DNA of 64,000 bases from NCBI RefSeq assembly GCF_006345805.1, contig NC_042997.1, forward strand, positions 11,470,001 through 11,534,000, written 5' to 3'. The notes under the pieces are model-generated. The model was not told where the DNA came from. It made no database searches and saw nothing but the letters and a program-made list of their open reading frames with translations. Below, in pieces: positions 25,614 through 40,960 of this stretch (positions are counted from its first letter, which is position 1; the number at the start of each line of letters is the position of its first letter). A program made the position numbers and the translations under genes. This stretch comes from Octopus sinensis. Taxonomy: Eukaryota.

Positions 25614-26248
25614 AATGTATGTGTGTGTGTGTATATATATATATATGTATATATATATGCATATATATATATATACATATATAAAGACACACTTATAAAA
25701 TATACACACATATACACACACACTCATGTCTGTATATGAATATAAGTACATGAGTACAAACATACATACATACATATACAAATACCCCCACCCATAAATC
25801 TCTCTCTCTCTCTATATATATATACATACACATGCATATATGTACACGCACTCGCACAAATATTCACATTGTATATAATGAAATTTCACAACGTCTGTTC
25901 GGAAGTTGGAACCACCTGCAGTTGTCATGTGTCACACAACCAGTTAGTCACTCACATGACGCCAAACGACATCTACGGGCAGCTGGACTGATCTGCCTCA
26001 AATAATGCGCACCTTCTTACCCAACCCACTTTTTCAAACAAGCTTCTAATTCTACGCCAAGAATACGAGGCTCCACTGCTTCTAACCTCTATCCGTAGGG
26101 TTTCTTGTCTTCTTAATTAATCTTATAGGCCTTCTGGACACGAATCCACTTTGTAGAATTTAGCTGCAGTTTAATCATGGCATGCCACCTCTTCTGCCTT
26201 CAAGCTTTTACTACAGTCTTTCACATTGTTTCTCTTTCACCCTCCATC

Positions 26249-26310
<62 letters not shown>

Positions 26311-26565
26311 TATATATATATGTATATATATGTTTTTACTTCTGTTTTGCTTGCACCTACTTTCTTTTACATTCTTTACCTCCCCTATCAACACTCTTCT
26401 TCGTTTGAGATAGCTTTGTTTTCTTATTTAACTCATTAACTCCAACTCACCTCTCACTCTTCCTTCCCGCGTCTTTTGCACTCTCTTCCTCCTTCCAGCC
26501 CCATCTTCCTGCTTTAATATCTTCATTCTCCCCTTTACTTACACCTCCAGACATTCTCGCATCAC

Positions 26566-26860
<295 letters not shown>

Positions 26861-27289
26861 AACGACCCAAACCATTTATCTCTTTATAACATATAAACTT
26901 ACATGTATACATGCATTCGTACAAATATACATATATACATAATACAAGCATACACATGCGAGTGTATATACATATTTACACACGCACCCACGCACACCCA
27001 CGCACATATACAGACAGACAGACAGAGGGAAGCACATATATGCATACATGTGTCAATCCACATTTAAATTTCTATATGCGCCGTGTTTGTCTGTGTATAG
27101 TTTTTTCTCTTCTTTATCCTTTTAGCTTTTTCTTCTAGTCTCCGCTATTACCTCTTTTCTTTCTTTATGCTCTGTTTTCTTCTTTTTCCTCGTCTTTGTT
27201 TTCATCTTTTCCTACTTCGTCCTACTCATTCTTTTTCTCAACCTGTACTTCCTTTAAAATGCTCCTATACCACATTAACACTCCCTCCT

Positions 27290-27930
27290 TCTCTACTCTC
27301 ACTCACTCGCTCACTCACTCACTCATTCACTCACTCACTCACTCACTCACTCACTCACTCACTCCTTCTCTCTCCTCTCGCTCATCACTCACTCACTCAC
27401 TCACTCGCTCGATCACTCACTTATTCACCCAATCACTCACTCATTTGCTCATTCACTCGCTTGATCACTCACTCACTCACTCACTCACTCACTCACTCCT
27501 TCTCTCTCCCCTCGCTCATCACTTCGTCACTCACTCAATCACTCACTCACCCACTCCTTCGCTCTCCCCTCGCTCATCACTTCGTCACTTACTCACTCAC
27601 TCACTCACTCACTCACTCGCTTATTCACTCAATCACTCACTCATTCATTTACTTACTCACTCATTCATTCGCTTGATCACTCACTCACTTACTCGCTCAC
27701 TCACTCACTCGATCACTCATTCACTCACTCCTTCTCTCTCCCCTCGCTCATAACTTACTCACTAACTTATTCACTGAATCACTCACTCATTCATTCAATC
27801 ACTCACTCATTCACTCGCTTGATCACTCACTCACTCATTCACTCACTCGCTCGCTCGATCACTCAGTCATTTTTTCACTCACTGATTCACTGACTCACTT
27901 ACTCGCGCGTTCACTCACTCACTCAATCAC
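27290..27930. repeat. (CACT)n-based compound minisatellite with repeated ctccttctctctcccctcgctcatcac blocks
   Basis: Direct reading; the THSL-repeat ORFs are its translation. Confidence 0.9.
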
Positions 27931-28424
27931 TCACGCACGCATGCGTACTTTTTCTCCGTCTGTCTTTCTCTACCTTAATGTTTCTTTTTTTTTCAGTTTC
28001 TGCTCAAATCGTCTGGAGAACACAAACCAGGAAACGAATAGCGATGATCACTAGTTTAGAATCAACAACAACAACAGCAGCAGCAAGAAGAAGAAGAAGA
28101 AGAAGAAGAAGAACAAAAACAACAACAAAAACAACAACAGCAACAACAACAGCCACAACTACAACATCAACAGCAATATTGATAATAACAGCAATAACAA
28201 CACATTCAACAACTACGAATCAAACCAACAGAGAGATAAACACAAATACAGAAAGATAAAATGACAAGTGAACAGATGTATTGATCAGCAAATAAAAAAG
28301 TGAAAAGTGAAACGTGTCACTGAGTCTTGAGGTAAAAGTAATATGTCTACAGCTAGGGTACTGAGTTTACTATTGAATTCACTTTTGCTGATGTAAGCTG
28401 CTCAAAGCCTCTTTGATTTACAGT

Positions 28425-28489
<65 letters not shown>

Positions 28490-28504
28490 ATATCAAGAAG
28501 AGTA

Positions 28505-28735
28505 ACGCGGCGAGCTGGTAGAAATGTTAGCACGCCGGGCGAAATGCTTCGCAGTATTCCGTCTGCCGCTACGTTCTTAGTTCAAATTCCGCCGAGGTCG
28601 ACTTTGCCTTTCATCATTTCGGGGTCGATAAATTAAGTACCAGTTACGCACTGGGTCGATATAATCGACTTAATCCCGTTGTTTGTCCTGGTTTGTCCCC
28701 TCTGTGTCTAGCCCCTTGTGGGCAGTAAAGAAATA
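28505..28735 (+). mobile_element. SINE family A, full length
   Basis: Complete head (gcggcgagctggtagaaatgttagc), core and aaagaaata tail. Confidence 0.9.
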
Positions 28736-29712
28736 AGGGTAACGCGTAACAAGATAACTGAAAAGGAAAAAAAAATACCAAAGGCAAATATAAAACAAAA
28801 GAAGAAGACCAAGTAATCTTAATCGGTCTGTTTGATTGGTAGTTAATGACAAGAGATGGAAAATCAGGAACGTGATAGAAAACGTACTAGAATTTCTTCA
28901 ATTTAGGTTTTCAGGAGTAGAGCTATTTTACATAAGTGTTGTTCAGAAGTTTCTTGCGTCTCTCGGGTTGGGAGTGCTCATGCGGTTCCGGGTGCTTGTG
29001 ATTTCTTTTTAACTAGACATACAGTGAAACATTGCATAATAAATGATGTAATCGATTTAATCGAACTCAGCGTATTACCAGTACTTATTTGATAGGACCC
29101 TGATGTACGATTTAGAACCATCGAGACCTTTTAGCAGTATCTGTATTTCATTCACGTGTAAAACTGCTGAGTGGAGCCTCTAAGCTCATGGGTTACATGT
29201 TTCCAGATGGGCTGATAAACAGAGGCCGTTTTAGTAGCATTCGAAAATACAGAAACTAGACAGACTATCACTGTGGTGCGTCAGTAAGTGAACCATAAGC
29301 AACCGCATCATTTTGAGGTTCTGTTTTTGAATTTGTTTCCAGCTCCCTCGTTTAGAAAAAAACTTTTCACTCTATATTCAACTATGTTTGTTATTTGAAT
29401 TGTAGGCAAATACAGAGCTTTAAAAAATAATTATTGCTTTTTTTATTCCTCCTTCCCCAACAAATACACAACAAGAAGGAAAGCATATATGATGGTAAAG
29501 AGTAACTAGAACGACAGCAACAGTAAGAAGAACAGCAATAGCAACGTGAACGATGAAAAGAAGCGATAATGTATTCAGAAAACAAGAATCTTAAAACAAG
29601 CAGTTTCAATGGTTGGGAATTTAACAAAATGTATACAACATACACATTGAGCAACACATATTAGAGTTTACAAATAATCTCTCAGAAAAAAATATATTTT
29701 AACATACAGCTA

Positions 29713-29784
<72 letters not shown>

Positions 29785-30002
29785 CACACAAACATACACA
29801 CACATTTATTTATATTTACACACACACACACACACACATATATATATTTATGTAAATATATATATATACATACATATATACATATATATATATATGCATA
29901 TATATATATATTTGTATATGTACATATATATGAATATGCATAGAAACACATAGCTTTATATATATATATATATATATACATACATATATACATATATATA
30001 TG

Positions 30003-30058
<56 letters not shown>

Positions 30059-30579
30059 CGCACTCACACACAAGAGAGAGAGAGAGTGCGTGTGTGCTCG
30101 TGTATTTATATATATGTATATATATATATATATATACACACACACGCATATACACGGATATATATTTGTACATACATTCATACACATACATAAACACATA
30201 CAAACATATTCACGCGCATATAATATCTGTCAAACTGCCTGCGTCTGTTTTGAATTCCCAAGCCTCATTTCAAATTCGCATCACCACCAACACACCCCGG
30301 TCCCACCTCGTATTTAACCCCCCCCAAAGTTATATACAGTGATAGTGTTAAGCTGACTTCGCCACCTTCGTCTTGTCTTCCATCTTTTCTTGCGCTTATT
30401 TTTCTTCTTCTTGTTGTTGGTGTTGATGTTGTTGTTGTTGTTGTTGGTGGTGGTATGCTGCTGCTGCTGCCGTGGTTGCTTTGTTGCTTGCTTTTCTTAA
30501 CATTTAAAGACAATGGTTTTTGACTTTGAAATCACCATACAGAATATAATGATGTAACAAACTGCCTGACCGATGTGAT

Positions 30580-30613
<34 letters not shown>

Positions 30614-31320
30614 CCAACAGCAACAACTGCCAAACACATCAACAAAACAGTAGCAACTACAAATATTTACAACAACAACAACAACAACAATAATAACAAT
30701 AACGGCAAGCAATACAATAAGCTTTTGAATAATTCATCAGAATTTCAATGTGCATTTTGGTGAAGTTGTTTATTCGTTAGGAAAACTAGAAAGAATATTA
30801 TTGCCGGCTTGTCTACCCGCTCTGTTTATTTACGTGACAGTCTGTCTTCTATCTGTCAGTTTGTGTATAGTGGCTTTTTTTTATTTTATATTCTCCCATT
30901 TTACGTTGTTGCTTATATCCATTCTCAAACAAAAAAAAAGGTTATACTTCTTAATTTTTTATTATCTTTTTTAATGGAAGTGTGGTAAGAAGTTTGCTGT
31001 CCAACCACATTGTTTCTGTTTCAGGTTCCATGTGTGGCACCTTGCGCAAGTGTCTTCCACAATAGCCTAAAGTGTTGCCAGTGGATTTGGTAGATAGAAA
31101 CGGAAAGAAACCCTTCTTTTTCTTTCATTCTTTTCTGTTTTTACTTACATTTTGTGTTCTCGTTCCGCTTTTTGACATTCCACCTTTTACATTCACTTTC
31201 CGCTCGCTTTTCTCATAGGCCAGAGCGCCCTTTATCGTTTCTTCTTCTTCTTCTTCAAATAAAACCAACGATATCTATTCGAGTCGGAAAAGTTTGCTTG
31301 GAAACACAAGCCATGATATA

Positions 31321-31553
31321 TATTTCTTTACTGCCCACAAAGGGCTAAACATAGAGGGGACAAACAAGGACAGACAAAGGGATAAAGTCGATTACATCGA
31401 CCCCAGTGCGTAACTGGTACTTAATTTATCGACCCCGAAAGGATGAAAGGCAAAGTCGACCTCGGCGGAATGTGAACTCAGAACGTAACGGCGGACGAAA
31501 TACGGCTACGCATTTCGCCCGGCGTGCTAACGTTTCTGCCAGCTCACCGCCTT
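31321..31553 (-). mobile_element. SINE family A, full length with ~18-bp TSD
   Basis: TSD aacacaagccatgatata at 31303-31320 and from 31554. Confidence 0.9.
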
Positions 31554-32023
31554 AACACAAGCCATGATATATAAATTTGCCGAATTATTGTTTCCATAAC
31601 AAGAAGTTATTAGTAGCTCGTATTTAAATAACTGGGGACTCAGTCGTTTACGACGGCGAAGGTTCCAATTTATCTGGTACACGGACCGACCGGCTCTTGA
31701 AACTAACGTGCAAGAGGCTGAGGATTCCACACAATGTGATGAAGCAGGCATCTGTCACATTTGCAATGCAGGTACCATTCCTTGATGCCAGCTGAGTGAA
31801 CTGGAACAACATGAAATAAAATGCCTTGCACGAAGACACAACGCGCCGTCGAGTATCGATCTCGCGACCTTACGATCATGAGCCGAATACCCCTTACCAC
31901 TTAGCCACGCACCCTCACCATATTTAAGCACTGTGTATATTAAATGATATTTCTCTCACAGTATGGCGTACCTTTTCGCGGAAAGATCGATTGAATAAGG
32001 ACCAGACTCAAGGGAAAGAAAGC

Positions 32024-32214
32024 ACAAACAAGGACAGACAAACGGATTAAGTCGATTATATCGACCCCAGTCCGTAACTGGTACTTATTTAATCGACCCA
32101 GAAAGGATGAAAGGCAAAGTCGACCTCGGCGGAATTTGAACTCAGAACGTAACGGCAGACGAAATACGGCTACGCATTTCGCCCGGCGTGCTAACTTTTC
32201 TGCCAGCTCGCCGT
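32024..32214 (-). mobile_element. SINE family A, tail truncated
   Basis: Homology to other A copies. Confidence 0.85.
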
Positions 32215-33103
32215 CTTACGCTGACGAAAATAATGAGATGGACGGAGTTTACTAAGGAGTAATACCTTGTTGGAATACTTCTTCTTCTTCTTCTTCTCCT
32301 TCTCCTTCTTCTTTCCTTTTCCAAATTACACAAACGTGCTACACCTATTTTTCTATGACGAAAATTTGCTAGCTCCTTCCTCAGCCTTTCTCTACTTCGA
32401 GAGAGAAAAAAAATACGAAAAAGAAAATTGCACGTAGGCTCTTCCGTAACCCTTCACATAATCCAAGATAACTGATAAGAGAGAAAGAGAAAAAGAAATA
32501 AATTCAGTACTTGACTAATACCCCTCCAGAATGTGATAATAGGCAAAAATCGAGCTCCGTGAGATTTGAACTAAGACTACAAAGAACGGAAAAAATACCG
32601 CAAGGAATTTTATCTGTTGCTCTAACCACTCCGCTAAGAAGCTTCCTACAATCAGTATAACACAGCTACAAAACACTGCTTCTTTGTGAATTATATACGT
32701 TTGATGATAACGAATTTTAGCCCGAAGGAAAGCTAGCTTTTCACTAAAGCTTTGGTCCTCCTAAGTACAGTTTCTTGTAACACTTGACGCCACAAGTGGG
32801 TGGGACCAAGTAGTCTAACTGTTATTGCTGTTGTTTTTGTTTTTGTTGTTGCTACTGCTTTTGTTTTTTTTTATTATATTTCGTTGCTATTTTCGTCTTG
32901 TTAAGATTTTTTTCCCCTTTTTCAGCAAAACCTTACTCAATGGGGAATTTGAGATTTTTCACTTATATGGCGACGAGAAAGAAGACATTAGTTATTATAG
33001 TGAAGTACTGCACATCTCTGTGTGTGGCGCCTGTTTTAGACTGAAGGAGGGCTTGATTATATCAACGATTTTGTCTTTATCTTCAATGTCATGAGAAAAT
33101 TAA

Positions 33104-33397
33104 CACGTTAACCGCCACGTGTACTATGGCTGGTTCGTCGCAAACTTCACACAACAGCCGTACGTACCACCGGTCGTACATTTTCATGATTTGAGAAGAT
33201 TTTTTATTCTGTATCTTTGACATGGTTTTGAGGATATTTAAATAACATGAGTGCTAAATATTAAAGTTTAATTATGAAATATTGTAAAAATGCAAGCAAA
33301 AAGATTTCATCTTGCAATTAAACAGTATGAAGTGTCACTGCGCTAAACAAATGACGTCACCGGTATGTTCCAGTGACAGGCCGTGGTGGCTAAAGTG
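33104..33397. mobile_element. piggyBac-like MITE
   Basis: TTAA at 33100-33103 and 33398-33401; imperfect TIRs cacgttaaccgccacg / cgtggtggctaaagtg; no ORF. Confidence 0.65.
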
Positions 33398-33491
33398 TTA
33401 AGCAAATTAATCTGACAGTTTGTTACTGCTGCTGTTCATGATGATGAAGATGATGTTTAGACCTAAATTGGTCTTGATCAAGCAGGCATAT

Positions 33492-33803
33492 GTGGAGGCA
33501 CATGGCCTAGTGGTTAGAGTAGCGGACTCGCGGTCGAGGGATCGCGGGTTTCGAATCTCAGGCCGAGCGATGTGTGTGTTTATGGGCGAAACACCTAAGC
33601 TCCACGCGACTCCGGTAGAATGTAATGGTGAACTTCTGCTGGATCATTCGCCACAACTTTCTCTCACTCTTTCCTCCAGCATCTTGCAGCTCACCTGCGA
33701 CGGACCGGCGTCCCTTCCAGGTGGGGAACCTATACGCCAAGGAAACCGGGAAACCGGCCCTATGAGCCAGGCATGGCTCGAGAAGGAACAAACAACAAAA
33801 CAA
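33492..33803 (+). mobile_element. SINE family B with 13-bp TSD
   Basis: TSD caagcaggcatat at 33479-33491 and 33804-33816; A box tggcctagtgg, B box gtttcgaatc. Confidence 0.9.
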
Positions 33804-34869
33804 CAAGCAGGCATATGATCGAAAGCTTTCCAGCCAAGACCATTCACACCTAGTTTCAGGCACAACGTACCCCGCACTACAATGTGTTGTTTTGTTAAAG
33901 CCGGTAAGGTATGATCTGAAGGATATTTGATTGGTATTTCTTGACCGTTAAGTGATTACTTAGAATAGATATTTTCATTTCCTGTGTCGCATATAGTTCG
34001 CTAGTATTTCAAAAGATTTTTGAGGCAGAACGGAAAATGCCAAGATATTTGGAAAGCCTGAGTATTTTTCCTGCATCATACTAGTCGTTGTTGTTGGTGG
34101 TGGTGGTGGTGGCGGTACTTCTATTTTTACTTTCTGTCTATGACCTATGGTGGGAAGAATATGTCAATAAGGCGTCGGGCATAATGTTTCACAGCATTTG
34201 TTCCAACTCTGTGTTATGAGTTCAAGTTTCGCCGATGGCAACTTTGCCTTTCATCTTTTTGGCTTGTTAAAAAAAAAAAGTCCCATCCTGGCCTGTAGAA
34301 TGACGAAACTGTTGGAGAATCGGGAAAGATAACTTGTGGTATTTATTCTGCCCTTAACGTTCCTACAGCAATGATTCCCACGACGGTGGTGCTAAGCCGA
34401 GCCGGTCCAAGACAGCAGTGTTTCACCTTGTGTAAATATTAGCAGCCTGGAAAGGTGTAGGGCAGGCTTTCATACATGGGTAACTGAAGAAAATCATCAT
34501 CAAAATGATCTTGTCTAGATCTGTGCACAAACGTGTGCAAACACATGGCCAATCTTGGTTACCAGAGGCCTCGAAGACACTGGTGCATGTGCGTTTCCTG
34601 TCAGTAAAGTGCAATGAGACCACCCATCTCTGTTTACAAATGATCTGGCTAAAAACAATTCCCTCTACCATAAGCACAAGGCTTGAAATTTGGGGTGGTG
34701 GTGGGGGTGGCGGAGGGGCCTAGTCGATCATCATCATCAGCAGCACCACCACCACCATCACCACCATCACCACCGCCATCAACACAACCACCACCACCAC
34801 TACTACCAATACTACAACCACCAGTGCTACCACCATCAGCACAACCAACTGCAGCAGTAGCACCACCAT

Positions 34870-34906
<37 letters not shown>

Positions 34907-35089
34907 GCTGCTGCTATTGCTGCTGCTGCTGCCGCCACTACTACTATTAATGCTGCTACTACTACTACTACTAAAACACTACAACTACTACAACTACTAA
35001 AACACTACTACTACTACAACTACTAAAACACTACTACTACTACTATTACTACTACTAAAACACTACAACTACTACTACTACTGATATTG

Positions 35090-35122
<33 letters not shown>

Positions 35123-35574
35123 ACACCACCACCACCACCAACACCTGATACTACAAACTAGCACCAACACCAAGAGCGATCTCACCAGCCTCATCCGTTG
35201 TTTGAGGAAAACAACAACAAAAATGCCAACAAAATTCAAAAATTCCTATAACAAAAAGTAAACAAAAGCACGAACATAATTAGAAAAAAAAAAGATAAAT
35301 GAAAAACAGACTCCCCTCCTCAAAGAAACCCCCCCCTCACACAAACAACGAAACAACATGATAAAAAAACAAACAAAAAGGAAATATTTGCTTGTAGCAA
35401 TTCAGACGTAGATATTTATAAAATAGACTTCGAGCTATAATAACAACAACGTCAACAATAACCGCAATACCGTCGCCATTATAACCACCATTATCGTCGT
35501 TGTCGTCGTCGTCGTCGCCATTATCATCATCGTCATCGTCAACGCCAGCGCCAACACCATCACTACCACCACCA

Positions 35575-36160
35575 CCAAGAAGAAGAAGAAGAAGAACAAC
35601 AACAACAAGAACACCAAGAACAAGAAGAAGAAGAAGAAGAACAACAACAACAAGAACACCAAGAAGAAGAAGAAGAACAACAACAACAACAAGAACACCA
35701 AGAACAAGAAGAAGAAGAAGAACAATAACAACAACAAGAACACCAAGAAGAAGAAGAAGAAGAAGAACAACAACAACAACAAGAACACCAAGAAGAAGAA
35801 GAAGAAGAAGAACAACAACAACAACAAGGACACCAAGAAGAAGAAGAAGAAGAACAACAACAACACCAAGAAGAAGAAGAACAACAACAACAACAAACAA
35901 CAAGAACACCAAGAAGAAGAAGAAGAAGAAGAAGAAGAACAACAACAAACAACAAGAACACCAAGAAGAAGAAGAAGAACAACAACAACAACAAGAACAA
36001 GAACACCAAGAAGAAGAAGAACAACAACAACAAGAAGAACACCAAGAAGAAGAAGAAGAACAACAACAACAACAACAACACCAAGAAGAAGAAGAACAAC
36101 AACAATAACAACAAACAACAAGAACACCAAGAAGAAGAAGAAGAACAACAACAACAGCAA
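35575..36160. repeat. Higher-order compound repeat [aagaacacc(aag)n aac(aac)n]
   Basis: An approximately 30-36-bp unit repeated more than 10 times. Confidence 0.9.
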
Positions 36161-36943
36161 TAACGATAAAGTCCTTAGCGTCAACACCGCCGCCGCCATC
36201 GTCTTAATCATCACCATTACCAAACTAACAAGCAAAAACGAAAGGACTACAACGATACCATTGCAACCACCACCACCACCTCCACCGCCACCACCACCAC
36301 CATCATTGTCACTACCATTACCACGGCGTCGTCGTCGTCGAAGAAGACATGACCACTACAACAACGATGAATAACAAATAACCAACCACCACAAGAACGA
36401 TACTATCACAACCACTACCAAACAACCAAACATCATCATCATCATCATTCATCATCATCATCATCATCATCACCACTACCACCACCACCACCAACACCAC
36501 CACCACCATCATCAACATCATCATCGATACCAGTTCCACCACCATCACTACAGAGCTGACACGGACACCATTACCAACGCCACCACCACCACTACCCCTC
36601 CCCCACAGCTAAGTTCAATAGCAACAACTACTACTACTACTACAAAAACAGCACACTAACCATCAACGCCGAAGCCATCGCCACCACAACCGCCACCACC
36701 ACTGCCATCCCCACCACCTCTATCACCATCGATGTGATTCACTACCACGAGAGCGACCACAGCCACGACCTCCACCACCACTACCAACAACAACAACAAA
36801 TATATGAAAGCCATTTTGTAGCTCGAAGGTAAAATTTAAAGGAAACACACATGCATTATGACATGCATAAACACACATAAGCATGCACGCACATATACAC
36901 ACACACATAGACACATATACATGCACACATAACAAACATAGAC

Positions 36944-37113
36944 GCAGGAGTGGCTGTGTGGTAAGTAGCTTGCTTACCAGCCACATGGTTCCGGGATCAG
37001 TTCCACTGCATGGCACCTTGGGCAAGTGTCTTCTACTAAAGCCTCGGGCCTACCAAAACCTTGTGAGTGGATTTGGTAGACGGAAACTGAAGGAAGCCCA
37101 TCGTAACATATGC

Positions 37114-37150
<37 letters not shown>

Positions 37151-37167
37151 ATATATGTGTGTGTGGT

Positions 37168-37210
<43 letters not shown>

Positions 37211-37430
37211 TGTTTGTGTGTCTGTGTTTGTTCCCCCAACATCGCTTGACAAGCGATGCTGGTGTGTTTACGTTCCCGTAACTTAGAGGTTCGGCAAAAG
37301 GGGACGATAGAACAAGTACTAGGCTTACAAAGAATAAGTCCTGGGGTCGATTTGCTCGACTGAAGGAGGTGCTCCAGCAGGGCCGCAGTCAAATGACTGA
37401 AACAAGTAAAAGAGTAAAGAGTAAAAAGAG
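36944..37430 (+). mobile_element. SINE family D, full length, internal (TA)n(TG)n, (gagtaaaa)n tail
   Basis: Complete head, internal microsatellite and tail aatgactgaaacaagtaaaagagtaaaagag. Confidence 0.88.
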
Positions 37431-37983
37431 TATCTACCCACCAATTCAAACATAGGTATACAAGCACATTCACTCGCAGTAATATACACACGAAGACTCA
37501 TTCAAACTAACATACACATGGACACATTCATACAAACATCTCACATATTCAACCACACACACACACACACATACACACACACACAAACACACACACACAC
37601 TCACATATATATACACTGGAGCTTCTGTGTGGTTGCCAGAACCTACAAGAAATAGCAGACAAACAACCTCCCTTGACTTACATCGTTTTCCTTCTTAAAA
37701 AGGGACACTTCGATAATGTGGCACCGGGTCCGCTACACACGAGTAACAAACCGGACGGTCACGCTTGGAATACCTCTAATCAGAGACCTCTTCGATCGGA
37801 GCTAACTTGAGGCTAAACAAAAATGACAAACACAAAATACACACATACACACCTATATGGGCATACATTCACAAACGTAGATATAAAGATGATATAGGTA
37901 CATACATACAATCTCTCTCTCTCTCTCTCTCTCTACCACTCTCTCTCACACTCTATCTCTTTCTTTGTGTCTGTCTGTCTGTT

Positions 37984-38015
<32 letters not shown>

Positions 38016-38538
38016 CACGTGTGCATGCACATGCACTTTATAAATATATATATATATTATATAACACATAACATAATAATATATATATATATAAATATAT
38101 ACATACATGCATACAAATATATATATATATATAGCTATACATATGTATATATAAATATATATATACATAAATATATATTTATATATACATATCAATATAT
38201 ATATATATATATACATTATATATATAAATATTTAAATATATATATGTATATATATATATAATTAAATATATATAAATATATATGTACATATATACTGTAC
38301 ATAATTACATCATATATACACGCATAAGCTCCTCTATGTGTGTGCGTGTATGAACGTACATATACACACACACACACGTGCACATATAGTTATACGTATA
38401 CATATGCATACATATACATACACATGCATACACACATATACACATATACATACATACAAACATTGGAATACAGGATACAAACTGTGGTGACATTTTCCTT
38501 TTATTTTATTAATTTATATATGTTGGTGTGTGTGTGTA

Positions 38539-38577
<39 letters not shown>

Positions 38578-39882
38578 TTATACACACACACACAGACATA
38601 CAGATGTATGTGCATATGTATACGTTTATTTACCGCTGTTTTTCTGTGTCGTTTAAAAAAAAAAAATTTGCTAAAAGAAATTAAAAATAATAAAAATTTA
38701 AACCCCCGTTAACCAACAACTCCCTCTCCACTCTTTCGATGTCTTAAGTTCTAAAGGAATCTGTTTAGATGAATAAATATATGTGCTTAAGGGGAAGAAA
38801 AGAAAGTTGAAAAGAAGAGGAAATATCAGAGACCTTATCTGGTTTGCGATATCAGACATATTGGGAAAGGCAAATAAAAAGAAAAAGAAAAGTAGAAATA
38901 GTCTTCACACTACAACGATGGAAATTCAAGCCACTCTGCGCTTTTAACCTCTCACACCAAAACGGTAGCACATACATACATACATACATACATACATACA
39001 TACATACATACATGCATGCATACATACGTACATAGTGTTGTGTTTCTATGTAATTATGTATAATGTAGAAACGCTTTCTGATGAAATTTATAGTTCTCAG
39101 ATACAGCCGTTTAACGATCTAAAATAGCCATCGAATTTGAACCCGTTTCACCTGATATCGTGCATTTAAATAATAATAAAGTGCTATTAGAATATCAAAA
39201 TGAGTGAATTCGATATTAACCCGGTTCATTTGTTTAAATATGTAGACTCTTCTTTTGTTTGAATATGTGAACCCGTAATAGTGTATAATTGTATCTTACT
39301 AAATAAATATGGAGGCACAATGGCCCAGTGGTTAGAGCAGCGGATTTGCGATCGTAGGATCGCGGTTTCGATTCGCGTACATTTAGACAAGAGTGAAATC
39401 TTTAAAACGAGTTATAATACAAATACTCATATGCGCGTCACCTTTGGTTTCATATAAGCAGCAGCTGAAAGCAATGGACCACGATATAAGTATGGTACAC
39501 AATGCAACAAGTACGGAATGTATTAATTATGAAATTCATTCTGTTTTCTGTTGTATTCCAGATGAATTCTCCAGAAATGCAACAGAACTAGTCTTGTTAG
39601 AGATGCTTATGTATAGAGTTCAAAAATTGATTAACCCTCTCAGACTTGGGCTCCTACGTCGAACTCTACCGTCCGCCTGGTTCCTGAGCAAAAATAAATA
39701 GTTGGATATACAGCTGAAGAGTAAGGATTGCAGGAAAACTAATGGATAAAATCCGTTACATTTCCTTTTCTTATGTCTGTTGTTAATTACCGCTTCACCG
39801 GGAATTCGACAGAGATGCGGTTTAACCTATTCCTGTTATAGATGTGACAGCGTTAAGGCTGTTCAGTATTTTTAAATCTACA

Positions 39883-40193
39883 TTGTTGTTTGTTTGTTCC
39901 TTCTAGAGCCACGCCTGGCTCATAAGGGCCGGTTTCCCGGTTTCCTTGGCGTATAGGTTCCCCACCTGGACGGAACGCCGGTCCGTCGCAGGTGAGCTGC
40001 AAGATGCGGGAGGAAAGAGTGAGAGAAAGTTGTGACGAAAGAGTCAGCAGAAGTTCGCCATTACCTTTTGACGGAACCGCGTGGAGCTTAAGTGTTTCGC
40101 TCATAAACACACACATCGCCCGGTTTGAGATTCGTACCCACGATCTCTCGACCGCGAGTCCGCTGCTCTAACCACTAGGCCATGTGCCTCCAC
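39883..40193 (-). mobile_element. SINE family B
   Basis: Homologous to 33492-33803. Confidence 0.88.
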
Positions 40194-40264
40194 TTTAATC
40201 TACGTAGAAATAGTTAAATTTCTACTAGTATTTCTACTGCGTAGTTTTACATATATTACAACAT

Positions 40265-40677
40265 GGATCTTTTCGGTTTGAATGGCAGTTTTTTCTAGCG
40301 GTGTCATATGAAATTGTCACCCATAATTATGACCCTAGTATCGATCTATTGCATTTCAATCTCTTTTAGGGTTAGGGGTGGAGGGAAGGGTATCTTTTTT
40401 TCTTCACAAATGTAAATAAACCCAATCTGTTTCTTAAACGAGGGACATATTCATACGGCACAGAATGTTTTTTACCTCAATAGACGTATTTGATTGGTTG
40501 AAATTGCAGGAATTGAAGAAAAAAACAACAACAAATATCTTACAAACTATAGAATTTTCTCAATAAAGCCAAGAGAAAAAGATGTTTTATAAACACATTC
40601 TACCAGTATACGAAGTTTAAAATTTTTTAGTTAGCTAGAAATTATGTTAAAAATTGCTGTTCAAACCGAAAAGATCC
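40265..40677. mobile_element. MITE with 29-bp TIRs and 8-bp TSD (superfamily uncertain)
   Basis: TIRs ggatcttttcggtttgaatggcagttttt / aaaaattgctgttcaaaccgaaaagatcc; TSD tacaacat at 40257-40264 and 40678-40685. Confidence 0.85.
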
Positions 40678-40960
40678 TACAACATACCTTAATACGATGC
40701 GGACTGTGATCCTCGTTGATAGACGGCTGATATAAAATAGAGAGTTAAACATTTATGGAATGCAAATTAATAACTCCAGTTCTCTGAAGTGACTGGATTT
40801 GTTGAGGATATAACTGTATTGGTTGCATATTTCTTTGCGATTGGTCAAATGATGTTGACGTCTCCGATGAGAACCCACTGGGGGTCGAAAATTGATTAAG
40901 GCTGCCCACATTTTCTGAATCTACGTGGACATAGTTAAATTTGCCAATTTTTTTTTTCAA

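Noticed and set aside
24930-26410. YIYI/MYVC/HTHT ORFs here and at 22.4, 29.7, 38.0 and 63.5 kb
   Set aside because: They are translations of (TA)n, (TATG)n and (CA)n microsatellites.
28505-28600. tRNA genes suggested by A/B-box motifs
   Set aside because: Each continues into a SINE core and tail, and I could not fold a full cloverleaf; they are treated as tRNA-derived SINE heads.
39393-39720. 102-aa ORF with a nearby polypyrimidine/AG and GTAAG, a possible host exon
   Set aside because: All frames between the putative splice sites contain stops, and no protein family is recognisable.
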